This document shows, piece by piece, positions 9,843 through 20,804 of a DNA stretch of 64,000 nt. The notes under the pieces are model-generated. The model was not told the origin of the DNA and searched no databases. It saw only the letters and a program-made list of their open reading frames with translations. Origin of the DNA: Patescibacteria group bacterium (GTDB lineage: Bacteria; Patescibacteriota; Patescibacteriia; Magasanikbacterales; UBA922); contig JBAZIZ010000005.1 in assembly GCA_041651535.1 (NCBI GenBank), forward strand, positions 26,188-90,187. The letters are read 5' to 3'. The translations under genes were made by a program, and so were the position numbers. Every line of letters begins with the position of its first letter. Within the stretch, counting starts at the first letter, position 1.

Positions 9843-10418
9843 ATGAAAGCAATTTCTAAATACAAAGAAAAGATACTACTACATAAAGTGAGAGAAAACG
9901 GAGATACACAAGCTTTCGCAGAACTTTATGATCTTTACATTGAAAAAATATATCGCTTCGTATTTTTGAAAGTATCAAATAAAGAAGAAGCAGAAGATAT
10001 AACAAGTGAAGTTTTTTTAAAGGTTTGGAATTATTTAATAAGTGAAAATGCTTCACAAAAAAAAATAAAAAGTTTCAGTGGACTTATTTATTCAATAGCC
10101 AGAAATTTAGTGATTGATTTTTATAGAAAAAAAATAAATAAAAACGAATGTCTGATAGAAAAAATAGAAGAGATGAATCCAGAAGAATTAGTTGGAGAAA
10201 ATAAAATTGAAAATACTTTGGATTTGAAATATGACATAAATAAAGTAATGATTGCGATTCGTGAATTAAAAAAAGAATATCAAGAATTACTTTTATTAAA
10301 ATATATTGAAGAATTATCAGTGATAGAAATTTCTGAAATAACTGGTAAAGGACAAACTAACATTAGAGTTACTTTACATCGAGCTTTAAAAATTTTAAAA
10401 AAAGAATTGGAAAAATAA
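9843..10418 (+). CDS. ECF RNA polymerase sigma factor
   Basis: AFAELYDLY, EAEDITSEVF, IARNLVIDFYR; region-4 HTH IRVTLHRAL. Confidence 0.93.
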   Translation: MKAISKYKEKILLHKVRENGDTQAFAELYDLYIEKIYRFVFLKVSNKEEAEDITSEVFLKVWNYLISENASQKKIKSFSGLIYSIARNLVIDFYRKKINKNECLIEKIEEMNPEELVGENKIENTLDLKYDINKVMIAIRELKKEYQELLLLKYIEELSVIEISEITGKGQTNIRVTLHRALKILKKELEK

Positions 10419-10430
10419 AATTGTTTTTTT

Positions 10431-11735
10431 ATGCGAGAACTTAAAAGACAACTTAAAATGATGAAACAAATAAAAAACGGAATAAATCCCGATTCTTTTT
10501 GGATGCAAAAAAATAAAGAAGATCTTTTAAATAGAATTGCTAATACAAATGTTGGAAATGAGAAAAAAATTGAAGTTTATGGAAAAAATTTAAGTTTAAT
10601 AATGAAATTTGAAAGAAATATTGAAGCCTTTATTCCACATAATTTCAAAAATGGTTTTAAACCAGCATTAATTGTATTTTTAGCTTTATTTTTTACTAGT
10701 GGTGGTTGGATAGCTAGTGCTTATGCTGAACCAGGAGATATGCTCTGGAGTACAAAAGTAGCTTTAAATAATGTTGTAGAAAAAAGTCAAATTGCTTTAG
10801 CTAATGAAGATGATGAAGCAGAATTACATCTAAAATTTGCTACTAAAAAAGCTGATGTAATCAAACAAGTTTCAGAAAAAACTGAAGTAGAAAAAGAAGA
10901 CAAAGCTAAAATTATAAAAGATACAAAAGATAAAATGAAAGAAAATTTAAATAGTGCAAATGAAAGTTTGAAAAAGATTTCGCCAGAAAAGGCTGGAGAA
11001 ATGGTAAAAGAAGTAAGTTTAAAAACAACCGAAATAACTAATTCTGTAAAAGCTTCTGCAGAAAAAATAGCTGAATCAGACATTGATTTAGCAAAAGATT
11101 TAGATGAAACTGCAAACGAAACTCAAAAAACAAGTTTGGAAATGGTAGAGGTCGTTTTACAAAAAAAAGTTGATGCTAATAATGAAATAACTGAAGAAGA
11201 AAAAAATATAGTTAGTGAACATATCGCAAACATAGTAACAAATTTAGAAACACATATTGATTCTTTAAAAACAGAAAAAGAAAAACAAGAAACTGAATTA
11301 AACAATATTAACCAATCAACCAGTACTTTAAATATAAATTCAAATATAGGAAATTCATTAAATAATTCAGTGACCACTGGTACTATAAATATTTCTGCTA
11401 ATAATAATATTGTAACTGGCACTTTAAATTTAAATGCCAATAGTACCACAATCAATTTAACTACCAGTACTATTTTAAATGCAGAAAAAATAATTGAAGT
11501 AAAAAATATTTTAGATCAGACAAGACAAGAATTAGAAAAAGGAAAAGATGAAGCAACAAATTTAATACAAGATGATGTCCTTGGAGCAATTCAAAAAACA
11601 AAACAAATAACTAATGTAGCAAAAGAAGCAGAAATAAAAATAGATATTATAGTAAAAAATACAGCGACAGAAACAGTTCAAACAAATATTGTTAGTAGTA
11701 CTGAAGCAATAAAAACTGAAGAAATTAAAAATTAA
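10431..11735 (+). CDS. Putative membrane anti-sigma factor (DUF5667-like)
   Basis: Follows the ECF sigma; single TM then AEPGDMLWSTK motif; helical and Asn/Thr-rich C-terminus. Confidence 0.7.
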   Translation: MRELKRQLKMMKQIKNGINPDSFWMQKNKEDLLNRIANTNVGNEKKIEVYGKNLSLIMKFERNIEAFIPHNFKNGFKPALIVFLALFFTSGGWIASAYAEPGDMLWSTKVALNNVVEKSQIALANEDDEAELHLKFATKKADVIKQVSEKTEVEKEDKAKIIKDTKDKMKENLNSANESLKKISPEKAGEMVKEVSLKTTEITNSVKASAEKIAESDIDLAKDLDETANETQKTSLEMVEVVLQKKVDANNEITEEEKNIVSEHIANIVTNLETHIDSLKTEKEKQETELNNINQSTSTLNINSNIGNSLNNSVTTGTINISANNNIVTGTLNLNANSTTINLTTSTILNAEKIIEVKNILDQTRQELEKGKDEATNLIQDDVLGAIQKTKQITNVAKEAEIKIDIIVKNTATETVQTNIVSSTEAIKTEEIKN

Positions 11736-11780
11736 AAATCAAAAAGCGTTCTTTAAAGATTTATTTATTCAAGCCTAAAA

Positions 11781-12053
11781 TTACTGTGTGGCCAGGGGGA
11801 AGTTTGTTTGTTTATTAAAACAAAAAAACTTTTTCCAATGCCATACAGTAAGCCTGTTTTTTAACACAGGCCACCTGTCTATCAAAAATAGACTGTTTGG
11901 TGAAAGGGCAATCACTTATGGATTGTAATGTTTAAACATTCTTTTCATAAGGACCCCACTAGACAAGAAAGGTCGTGACTCAATCTTGAGTCGTCAGTGG
12001 TAATTTATAAAGTTTATTGTTACGACCTAAAAAATAGCGCGCGTAACAATAAA
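11781..12053 (+). ncRNA. Multi-hairpin structured 5' leader of the S-layer-like gene
   Basis: Consecutive stems: 11781-92/11840-51, 11852-57/11866-71, 11877-82/11888-93, GACTCAA/TTGAGTC, 12013-24/12042-53. Confidence 0.6.
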
Positions 12054-12070
12054 AAAGGTTTAATTAATTT

Positions 12071-15000
12071 ATGAACGATGTATTAAAATTCGGTAAAAAA
12101 TTATTTACCTTTTCTGTTGTCGCTTTGACAATCGCTTGGAGCATGGGTCTTGCTACTCTTGTACCAACAGTTGTAAAAGCTGAAGAATGTCCAGCTTTAG
12201 AAGCTGGAGATTTGTACAAAGTTCCAGGAAGCAATTCAGTTTATTACTTGAATTCTGAAATGGAATCAATGTACTTCCCAACAGAAGAAGTATTCAATTC
12301 ATGGGGATTTAGTTTTTCTGATGTAAAAACTATCCCAAACACTTGTTTCGACATGTACGAACAAGCTACACCTGCTGGTTTAAATTTCCGCCCTGGTTCA
12401 CGTCTTGTTAAAAGAGTAGAATCACCTACGGTTTATGCCGTATTGCCTGGAAATACTAGAGCAGCTATCGGAAGCGAAGCTGTTGCCAAAGCTCTATATG
12501 GTGAAAACTGGGCTAAATTGGTAAGAGATCTTCCTGGTGTATTTATGTCAAATTTCTTGAGTACTGGTGCAGCACTTGATGAATCAGTACCTCATAACGG
12601 ACAATTCGTAAAAGAAACCGGTTCAGACAAAGTTTACTTTGCTATGGACGGTAAATTATACGAAGTTGACGGTGACGTAACTGCTGATGTTAGAACAGTT
12701 TCTGCTACTGTACTAAGTAAATTAGACAAGAGCACTGAAACAGTAACTTTAGCTTCAACAATGGAAGACCCAGCACAATTGGGTGAAACTTCAGGTGACA
12801 CAACTACAGTAGTAGGTGGTGATTTAGCTGTATCTTTATCAGCTAATAGTCCTGAAGCTGCTACAGTACCTATCAATATCGACAATGTAGAATTTGCAAA
12901 AGTTATCTTCAAAGCTTTAGATGAAGATGTAGTTGTAAACTCTATCAAAATTGGTCGTAGAGGTTTAGGTTCTGATTCAGATTTTGCTTCTGTAACTCTT
13001 TATGATGAAAATAATGTAAAATTGGGTAATACCAAAACATCTTGGACATCAGATGGTTACATGAACTACAATATTTCTGGTGGTTGGACAATCCCTGCTG
13101 GAAAATCAAAAACTCTTACAATCACTGCAAAATTGGATACAGCAGGAACATACAATGCTCTTGGTGTTGAAGATGTAACAACAAAAGGTAGTGATGTAAA
13201 TGGATTACCTGTTTATGGTAACAAAATGAACGGTGTTAATGTAACCGTTGGACAAGTTACTATTACAGATGAAGGTACTCCAGCTACAAAGAAAATCGGT
13301 GAAACAGATGTAAAATTAGCTAAATTTAAATTAGCTATGTCTCCAACAGAAGATGCAGAATTATACTCTGTAACATTGAAAAACAGAGGTACAGCTAGTG
13401 ATGGCGACATTGCTAATATGTACTTAATGGTTGGCGCAACAGAATTAGCTGCTGACGCTACAATGGAATCTGATTATGTAACATTCGTTTTAGAAGAACC
13501 ATATTTGATTGAAAAATCAAAAAATGAAACTTTCACAGTTTATGGTGATATCGTAAACGGAGACGGTAATACAGTTGAATTCACATTAAAAGATACAACC
13601 GATTTAAAAATGATTGGTGAAAGCTATAATTCTCAAGTTACAGTTGTAAATACAGATTACAATGACGCTGGAGACGGTTCTGTTATCACTATGGATGGAG
13701 CTGAATTAAATATCAGTTTCTCAAGTACAGCTATTGATACAATGGATGATCAAACAGATGTAGAATTTGGTACTTTAACTTTAAGTGCTGGAAGTACAGA
13801 TGTAAACATCACTTCATTGGTAATGTCAATGGTTGAAGTAAATGGTGATGGAAGTGCTGCAAATAACTGGGATATTGATGAATTAGAAATCGTTGATACA
13901 AAAACAGGCGCAGCTTATTCTGGAACAATGACATTGGGTGATTTGCCTGATGACACTTCAGCAGATGCTGATGCAGAAACTTGGACTTTTGATGATGAAA
14001 TCTATTTAGAAGCTGGAAAAACTTATACATTCACTGTTCGTGGTGATGTTCCAGCTAATGTAGGTAATGGTGATGAATATTATTTAACCATGACCGTTAA
14101 TACAACAAATTTACAAGCTGAAACACAACCTGAAGGTGATACTGTTGATAATTTCTCAATCGGATCATTCACAGGTAAAAAAGTTACTGTTAAAACTCCT
14201 TCTTTGAAAGTAAGATCAACCAACTTGTCTAGCATTGATGTAGTAGAAGACCAAGAAAACGTAGTAGTTTTCGAAGGTACAATGGAAGCTGTTGCTGGTG
14301 ATGTAAGAGTAGAAAGAGCAATCTTCCGTGCTACAACAACAAATGCTTATTTTGACACAGATAACTGGTCTGAAATAGGTCTTTATGTAAATGGTACAAA
14401 AGAACAACTTCTTACTAACTCTCAATTAGATGAAGGTTCAATCGATTTTGATACTGTTGATTTCACTGTTACAAAAGGTAGCAAAGTTACCTTTAAAGTA
14501 ATGGGTAAAATCGCTTCTACTGCTGATGATACAAACAAAGATACAAAAATTGAATTGTATTCTATGACAGTAAAAGATGATGATAATGATACAGTTACAG
14601 CTACAAATAGTGCTGGTACAGAAATTGATGAAAACAACGTAATTTCTACAGCTAGAACAGTTTCAGTTAGAACTACAGGTATTTTGTATGTTCAAATGAG
14701 AAACAACGATACTGGCTTTAATAAAGACAGAATCGTATTAGCTGGTTCAGAATCAACAGTTGGTAAATTAAGAATAAGAGCTGATTACGAAGATATTAAA
14801 ATCGAAGATTTAGTTCTTACAAATGCTAATGCTACTTCAAATGATTCAGTAGAATCAGTATGCTTATTAGAAGGTACTACAGAAGTAGCTTGTACAACTT
14901 TAGATGGTTCAACAGCTACCTTTACAGACTTGAATAAAGTTATAACAAAAGGTACACATGATTGGACAATCAAAGTTAAATTCAACAATATCGGTAAAGA

Positions 15001-15790
15001 TTATACCGGTGATACTCATGATTCAGTTGCATTCAAAGTTGCTAACACTGGAGTTACTGCTCGTGGTGTAGACAGCGGAGATGCATTAGCTTATGCTAAT
15101 GACGGAGCTTCTGCTGGAGAAATCGTATTTGACTTAGGTCTTAACGATACATTCGGTGAAGCAGGTGATACTGAAACAGCAAGTTCAAAAGCTTTCTATT
15201 TATCAGCTTCAAGATTATCAGCAGTTTCTACTGTAAGTTCTTACGGTGGTGAAACAGTTGATACAGCTATCAGCGCTGAAGGTCAATATACAGCTATGAT
15301 TATTTCTGTAACTGCAGAAAATAATACAAATACTGATTTAAACGGTAATGCTGTAAAAACTCTTTTAGATGCTATTAGATTAGATGTTGCTAAAAATGCA
15401 AGTACAACATTCTCTGGTGCTACAATCAAGAGAATCAATGGTGCTGTAGCAGCAAAAGCTTTGACAGTTTCAGATTCTGGCGCAACAGCCACATTAGTAA
15501 CTTCAAGTTTGTCTACTGTTTTAGGCGATGATGCAAAAATCAACGCTGGTGAAACAGCTTACTATGTAGTAAAGGTAACCGTAAATGGTTTATCTACAGC
15601 TACAAACGTAGTAAACTGGTTCCAAGTAAACATGGATGATTTGAAAGGTGCTGGTACTGGTGCTGATGCCGACAATAACATCGATTGGTATGATGGTTAT
15701 AACGGCGTAAGCAACACAGTATTTAATGGTTTATTGCTTGATACAGAAACTATTACTGGTACAAAATTATCAGCTCCAAAGAATAACTAG
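12071..15790 (+). CDS. Large secreted S-layer-like surface protein
   Basis: Signal peptide; 1239 aa, Thr/Asp/Val/Gly-rich beta composition; frequent AAC/TTC/ATC codons suggest high expression. Confidence 0.75.
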   Translation: MNDVLKFGKKLFTFSVVALTIAWSMGLATLVPTVVKAEECPALEAGDLYKVPGSNSVYYLNSEMESMYFPTEEVFNSWGFSFSDVKTIPNTCFDMYEQATPAGLNFRPGSRLVKRVESPTVYAVLPGNTRAAIGSEAVAKALYGENWAKLVRDLPGVFMSNFLSTGAALDESVPHNGQFVKETGSDKVYFAMDGKLYEVDGDVTADVRTVSATVLSKLDKSTETVTLASTMEDPAQLGETSGDTTTVVGGDLAVSLSANSPEAATVPINIDNVEFAKVIFKALDEDVVVNSIKIGRRGLGSDSDFASVTLYDENNVKLGNTKTSWTSDGYMNYNISGGWTIPAGKSKTLTITAKLDTAGTYNALGVEDVTTKGSDVNGLPVYGNKMNGVNVTVGQVTITDEGTPATKKIGETDVKLAKFKLAMSPTEDAELYSVTLKNRGTASDGDIANMYLMVGATELAADATMESDYVTFVLEEPYLIEKSKNETFTVYGDIVNGDGNTVEFTLKDTTDLKMIGESYNSQVTVVNTDYNDAGDGSVITMDGAELNISFSSTAIDTMDDQTDVEFGTLTLSAGSTDVNITSLVMSMVEVNGDGSAANNWDIDELEIVDTKTGAAYSGTMTLGDLPDDTSADADAETWTFDDEIYLEAGKTYTFTVRGDVPANVGNGDEYYLTMTVNTTNLQAETQPEGDTVDNFSIGSFTGKKVTVKTPSLKVRSTNLSSIDVVEDQENVVVFEGTMEAVAGDVRVERAIFRATTTNAYFDTDNWSEIGLYVNGTKEQLLTNSQLDEGSIDFDTVDFTVTKGSKVTFKVMGKIASTADDTNKDTKIELYSMTVKDDDNDTVTATNSAGTEIDENNVISTARTVSVRTTGILYVQMRNNDTGFNKDRIVLAGSESTVGKLRIRADYEDIKIEDLVLTNANATSNDSVESVCLLEGTTEVACTTLDGSTATFTDLNKVITKGTHDWTIKVKFNNIGKDYTGDTHDSVAFKVANTGVTARGVDSGDALAYANDGASAGEIVFDLGLNDTFGEAGDTETASSKAFYLSASRLSAVSTVSSYGGETVDTAISAEGQYTAMIISVTAENNTNTDLNGNAVKTLLDAIRLDVAKNASTTFSGATIKRINGAVAAKALTVSDSGATATLVTSSLSTVLGDDAKINAGETAYYVVKVTVNGLSTATNVVNWFQVNMDDLKGAGTGADADNNIDWYDGYNGVSNTVFNGLLLDTETITGTKLSAPKNN

Positions 15791-15841
15791 TTTATTCTCT
15801 TGAGTAAAAATAGTTCTTATCTTAAAAATAAGAACAGATAA

Positions 15842-15873
15842 AACCAAGACCCGCTTTTAGCGGGTTTTTGGTT
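15842..15873 (+). terminator. Rho-independent terminator
   Basis: AACCAAGACCCGC-TTTTA-GCGGGTTTTTGGTT. Confidence 0.8.
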
Positions 15874-16040
15874 GTTTAAAAAATAAAACCAAACTGACAA
15901 ATTTAAATAAACTAAAAAAAATATTAACAATCACTTTTGTCAACGAATTACCTAACATCTATAGGAATTACAAAATGACAAAATGTATGTGGAGTTTTTT
16001 AAAGACGTTTAAAAATAATTGAACAAAAAGATTAAACAGA

Positions 16041-16506
16041 CAGACTAAAAAACAATTGCACTCTCACTTTGTCATCCCGACTAAGTCGGGATCCCTTAAA
16101 TAGTGAATTACCGCTATTGGAGACGAAGGATCCCTTAGACAATGAATTATCACTAAACACTTTTAATTCAATAATAAGTGGATTAAAAAGTCTAAGGGAT
16201 TCTTCACCTCCGACGTCACGTCGGAGGACTCAGAATGACAAAAAAGTAAGTTTTGACTATTTTAATTTGTTAATTTTTTAGTGTTTAATTTTTGTTTTAA
16301 ATTTATTTTTAAAATAAAAAAACATCCTGATAAGTTTAAACAGACTAAAAAACAATCACACTCTCACTTTGTCATCCCGACTAAGTCGGGATCCCTTAAA
16401 TAGTGAATTACCGCTAATCATTTTAAAAATATTCAAACCTACACTTTGTCATGTTGAACCGAACGAAGTGAGAGTGAAGCATCCCTTAGACAATGAACTA
16501 TCGCTA
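16041..16506. repeat. Cluster of GTCAT...ATGAC REP/MITE-like elements with a 76-bp direct repeat
   Basis: 16041-16116 matches 16341-16416 (2 mismatches); inverted ends TTTGTCAT/ATGACAAA and ATCCCTTAGAC/GTCTAAGGGAT; 16445-16490 is the reverse complement of part of the 25539 element. Confidence 0.85.
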
Positions 16507-16627
16507 ATTATTTTTTAAACACTCAACAAAACATTTTCTTAAACAAACATTCAAAAAATATATTTATTGACTTTAATCATTTTTTTAGCTATAATTATCT
16601 AAATTTAGAAATAAAAAAAATTTTAGT

Positions 16628-18064
16628 ATGCAAAAACAAACAAAAATTCTCTGCACGCTTGGACCTTCCACTGAAAGTTTTGAAATTATAGAAAAATTAG
16701 TTAAATCAGGGATGAATGTTGCTCGACTGAATTTTTCTCATGGTACACATGAAAACCATAAAAAATTACTTGATACTGTTAGAGAAGTGGAAAAAAAGAC
16801 TGGTGAAACTGTGACAGTTTTACAAGATTTACAAGGACCAAAAATAAGAATTGGAAAATTGCCAGATGAAGGAATTGAATTAAAAGCTGGTGAAGAATAT
16901 CTTTTTTCTACTGATTTGAATAATAAAAAAGCTATCCCAATTGGTTTTGAAAGATTGCATGAATTTGTTTCTGTTGATGATGTTTTACTTATGGATGATG
17001 GAAAATTAGAAGTAAAAGTTTTGGAAGTTAATGGTAAAGATATAAAAACAAAAGCAGTTTTAAATGGAATTTTAAAATCAAACAAAGGAATAAATTTACC
17101 AAAAACTGATTTTTCCGAATTAGAAGTTTTGACAGCAAAAGATAAAGAAGACATTGTATTTGGCGTAAGAGAAAGAGTTGATATGATTGCAATTTCTTTT
17201 GTTATGAAAGCTAAAGATATTTTGGATCTAAAATTTTATATAAAAGAAATAGAAAAAAAATTAGGTATTACAGATTTACCAGAAATAAAAATAATTGCTA
17301 AAATAGAAAAACCAGAAGCAGTAAAAAATATTGATGAAATATTAGATGTGGTGGATGCTATTATGATTGCGAGAGGTGATTTGGGTGTAGAAATTCCAGC
17401 CGAAGATGTACCAATAGTTCAAAAAGAACTTATCAGCCGAGCTTTACATCATGCAAAACCAGTTATTGTTGCAACTCAGATGCTTGATTCTATGAGTGAA
17501 CGCCCACGTCCAACTAGAGCAGAAGTTTCTGATGTTTCTAACGCTGTTTTGGACGACACTGATGCTGTTATGCTTTCTAATGAAACTTCTACAGGAAAAT
17601 ATCCAGTTGAAGCTGTAGAAACAATGACAAAAATAATTTGTCGTGCAGAAAAATCACATCGAGAAGATTTGCCATTACAAGAACCAACTAATAAAACTCA
17701 CAAAATAGACGATACAATCAGTGGTTTATCAAAAATGGTTGCTCAAAAAGTTAATGCTAAATTAATTTTAGCTGCTTCTATATCTGGAGAAACCGCTAGA
17801 CTTATCAGTCGTTATCGTCCATCATTTCCAATTGTTGTGGCTACAAGTACTGATAGAGTAAAGAGACAATTAAATTTAGTTTGGGGAGTAAAACCTTTTA
17901 TTTTGGAACCATGCGATTCTATAGAAGAATTAGTAGAAAAATCAGTTGTAGAATTAAAAAGAAAAAAAATGGTAACTAGCGGAGATAAAATAATAGTAGT
18001 TGCTGGTGAACCTGTCGGAGAAGCTGGAAATGTAAATTTACTTGAAGTTAGAGAAATAGAATAA
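16628..18064 (+). CDS. pyk: Pyruvate kinase
   Basis: TKILCTLGP, ARLNFSHG, DLQGPKIR, IARGDLGVE, ATQMLDSM. Confidence 0.97.
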   Translation: MQKQTKILCTLGPSTESFEIIEKLVKSGMNVARLNFSHGTHENHKKLLDTVREVEKKTGETVTVLQDLQGPKIRIGKLPDEGIELKAGEEYLFSTDLNNKKAIPIGFERLHEFVSVDDVLLMDDGKLEVKVLEVNGKDIKTKAVLNGILKSNKGINLPKTDFSELEVLTAKDKEDIVFGVRERVDMIAISFVMKAKDILDLKFYIKEIEKKLGITDLPEIKIIAKIEKPEAVKNIDEILDVVDAIMIARGDLGVEIPAEDVPIVQKELISRALHHAKPVIVATQMLDSMSERPRPTRAEVSDVSNAVLDDTDAVMLSNETSTGKYPVEAVETMTKIICRAEKSHREDLPLQEPTNKTHKIDDTISGLSKMVAQKVNAKLILAASISGETARLISRYRPSFPIVVATSTDRVKRQLNLVWGVKPFILEPCDSIEELVEKSVVELKRKKMVTSGDKIIVVAGEPVGEAGNVNLLEVREIE

Positions 18065-18075
18065 AATATCAATTT

Positions 18076-18110
18076 AAAAATCCGTTTTAATAAAGCGGAT
18101 TTTGTTTTTT
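18076..18110 (+). terminator. Terminator after pyk
   Basis: AAAATCCGTTTT/AAAGCGGATTTT plus T-run. Confidence 0.7.
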
Positions 18111-18197
18111 TGAAGATTTTTTATAAAAAGTATTAAACACTTTAATTTTTTTGGTATTTTGTGTTATAATATAAATATAAATTTTATCCAAAAAAAT

Positions 18198-18359
18198 ATG
18201 GGCGATAAATTTTTGCGACATTTAATTTCATTAATAGTTTTAGTAATTTTAATTATTGTTTGGACAGCAGGTTATTTTGCTGGTGTCCGTTCTTGGTGGC
18301 CGTTAATTTTCGGTTTTGTTATTTTGTATCCTTTGATTTTTAAATTGATTGACGTCTAA
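18198..18359 (+). CDS. Small two-TM membrane protein
   Basis: ATG 18198, hydrophobic 53 aa; ends 4 bp before the next gene. Confidence 0.6.
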   Translation: MGDKFLRHLISLIVLVILIIVWTAGYFAGVRSWWPLIFGFVILYPLIFKLIDV

Positions 18360-18363
18360 ATTT

Positions 18364-19782
18364 ATGAATTGGTTAAATTATGCAATTCAATTTTTAAATA
18401 TTTTTTTAAATCAATCTTCAACAGAAATAGTTAAAGAAATTTTTGCGATTTTTGGTTGGATAGTTTTGGTTTGGTTTTTGTTTTTTGCTGGAATTGAACT
18501 TTATACTGATTATGTAAAAGATAAAAAGAATAAAAATTGGAAAAATATAGTTTTAGCTATAGATATTCCACAGTTAAATTTACAAACTCCAAAAGCTGTA
18601 GAACAGATTTTTTCAAATTTATCCGGAGCTTTTGATAAACCAGATTTGATTGGTAAATTTCGTGAAGGTTATAAACAAAAATGGTTTAGTTTAGAAATTG
18701 TGAGTATAGAAGGTTATATTCAATTTGTGATTTGGACTGAAGAAACTTATCGAGATTTAGTAGAAGCTTCAATTTATGCACAATATCCAGAAGCAGAAAT
18801 TACTGAAGTTGAAGATTATGTAGATTATATTCCAAGTGTTTATCCAAATAATGAATATGATATTTGGATGGCTGACTTTTCTTTAGCAGAAAACTCTGCT
18901 TTTCCAATTCGTTGTTATGATGAATTTGTTTACAATATTACAAAAGAAGATGTTTTGAAAGATCCAATGAGTTCTTTTTTGGAATCTTTTGCTAGAATAG
19001 GTCATGGTGAACAGATGTGGTTTCAGATTTTGATTCAGCCTATAGACAATTCTTGGAAAGAAGGAGTTATTGAAAAAATCAAAGATATAATTGGTGAGAA
19101 AAAAGCAAAAAAAAGTCTCTTGTCTGATTCTAAAATTGTTCAAGAAATTGGGTCAAGTTTATCAGAAATCAAAAGACAAATTTTTGGTTTTGGATTTGAT
19201 GACGCATCTTCTAGTTCTGATAACGGGCCAAAAAATAATTTACAGTTTTTAACTCCTGGTCAAAGAAAATTAGTTGAATCAATGGAAAGAAAAATTGAAA
19301 AAATTGGTTTTAAAACAAAAATGCGAGCTGCTTATATAGCAAGAAAGGAAATTTTTAATCCAGATCGTGGAGTAAAATCTTTAGTTGGTGCTATCAATCA
19401 ATTTAATAATCCAAGTTCAAATTCATTAGTTGTCCAAAGTACAACAATTGATCGAGACCCAAAAAAATCTGCAATTAAAAAAACAGATTTCTTTAAAGCT
19501 TATAAAAAAAGAAAAATTGGTTTTGCGGCTAATCCATTTATTTTAAATATAGAAGAATTAGCTTCAGTTTGGCATTTCCCAATGTCAAATGTTAGGGCAC
19601 CACTTTTACAAAAATCTAGCAACAAAATGGCCGAACCTCCAGCAGGTTTGCCTATTGATTATTTATCAGATAATTTGATTTCTGATTATACAGCTGAAAA
19701 TAAAGAAATAAAAAATACAGAAGAAGAAACAGTAAAAAATTCTTATAAAACAGATACTGGCGAAACAATTAATTTTGAATAA
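18364..19782 (+). CDS. Conserved membrane-anchored hypothetical protein
   Basis: N-terminal TM; FSLEIVS, YAQYPEAEITEVEDY and ILNIEELASVWHFP motifs, recalled from CPR proteins often linked to VirD4-like ATPases. Confidence 0.7.
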   Translation: MNWLNYAIQFLNIFLNQSSTEIVKEIFAIFGWIVLVWFLFFAGIELYTDYVKDKKNKNWKNIVLAIDIPQLNLQTPKAVEQIFSNLSGAFDKPDLIGKFREGYKQKWFSLEIVSIEGYIQFVIWTEETYRDLVEASIYAQYPEAEITEVEDYVDYIPSVYPNNEYDIWMADFSLAENSAFPIRCYDEFVYNITKEDVLKDPMSSFLESFARIGHGEQMWFQILIQPIDNSWKEGVIEKIKDIIGEKKAKKSLLSDSKIVQEIGSSLSEIKRQIFGFGFDDASSSSDNGPKNNLQFLTPGQRKLVESMERKIEKIGFKTKMRAAYIARKEIFNPDRGVKSLVGAINQFNNPSSNSLVVQSTTIDRDPKKSAIKKTDFFKAYKKRKIGFAANPFILNIEELASVWHFPMSNVRAPLLQKSSNKMAEPPAGLPIDYLSDNLISDYTAENKEIKNTEEETVKNSYKTDTGETINFE

Positions 19783-19787
19783 ATAGT

Positions 19788-20717
19788 ATGGATTTGTTTG
19801 CCAAATATAAATCAAGAATTTTTTTGGCTCCAATGGTTGATCTGACTGACAGCCCTTTTTGTTTTATTTGCAGAAAAGTTGCTGGTAAAAATTTTGTAAT
19901 TTTTCGTGAAATGCTTAGTGCTGAAGCTATTGCACGTCGCAATGAAAAAACATTAAAAAAATGTGGATATCAAAAAATTGAAAGACCAATAATTCATCAA
20001 ATTTTTGGTTCTAATCCAAAAACTTTAGTCACAGCTGCAAAAATTATTGTTAATGAATTTGGAACTGACGGTATAGATATCAATATGGGTTGTCCAGTAC
20101 CAAAAATAACAAAAAAAAATAAAGCCGGTGCTTCTTTGATGAAAGATCCAAAATTAGCTGGAGAACTTATAAAAAAATTAAAAGAAGCAAATTTAGGAGT
20201 TCCAATAAGTGTTAAAACTAGACTTGGTTGGTCAGATAAAAATGAAATATTAAATTTTGGAAAAGAATTACAAAAAGCAGGAGTTGATTTTTTGTCAGTG
20301 CATGGACGAACAAAATCGCAAGCATATAGTGGAAAAGCTGATTGGGAAATGATTAAAAAAATAAAAGAAGAATTAGTAATTCCAATAATTGCCAATGGCG
20401 ATATAAAAAATAAAGAAGATATAAAAAAATGTTTTGATATTACAAAAGCAGACGGAGTGATGATCGGTAGAGGAGCACTTGGTAATCCGTGGATTTTTTC
20501 TGATAAAGATAAAACTTTAAAAGAAATAAAAAAGATTGTTTTATTACATGCTAAGAAACATCAAAAATTTTATGGTAAAGAAAATGGTTTGAAAACTTTT
20601 CGTAAACATTTACTTTTTTATTTTAAAGGAATAAACAATATAAAAGAAATAAAATTAGAATTAGTAAAAGTCGAAAATATTAAACAATTAAAAAAAGTTT
20701 TAAAGAAAATAAATTAA
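19788..20717 (+). CDS. tRNA-dihydrouridine synthase (DusB-like)
   Basis: LAPMV, IDINMGCP, VHGRT, IANGDI, MIGRGALGNPW. Confidence 0.95.
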   Translation: MDLFAKYKSRIFLAPMVDLTDSPFCFICRKVAGKNFVIFREMLSAEAIARRNEKTLKKCGYQKIERPIIHQIFGSNPKTLVTAAKIIVNEFGTDGIDINMGCPVPKITKKNKAGASLMKDPKLAGELIKKLKEANLGVPISVKTRLGWSDKNEILNFGKELQKAGVDFLSVHGRTKSQAYSGKADWEMIKKIKEELVIPIIANGDIKNKEDIKKCFDITKADGVMIGRGALGNPWIFSDKDKTLKEIKKIVLLHAKKHQKFYGKENGLKTFRKHLLFYFKGINNIKEIKLELVKVENIKQLKKVLKKIN

Positions 20718-20804
20718 TTTTAGAATTATGATCTATGATCTATGATTTTAGATTTTTTAAATATATTTTTGTTTTTTTATTTAAAATCAAAGTTAATAAA
20801 ATAA

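Noticed and set aside
12634-15543. Several antisense ORFs inside the S-layer-like gene (similar ones in pyk, dnaK and others)
   Set aside because: Shadow ORFs from codon bias of long, well-supported genes
16069-16281. 70-aa ORF
   Set aside because: Composed almost entirely of the palindromic repeat element; spurious
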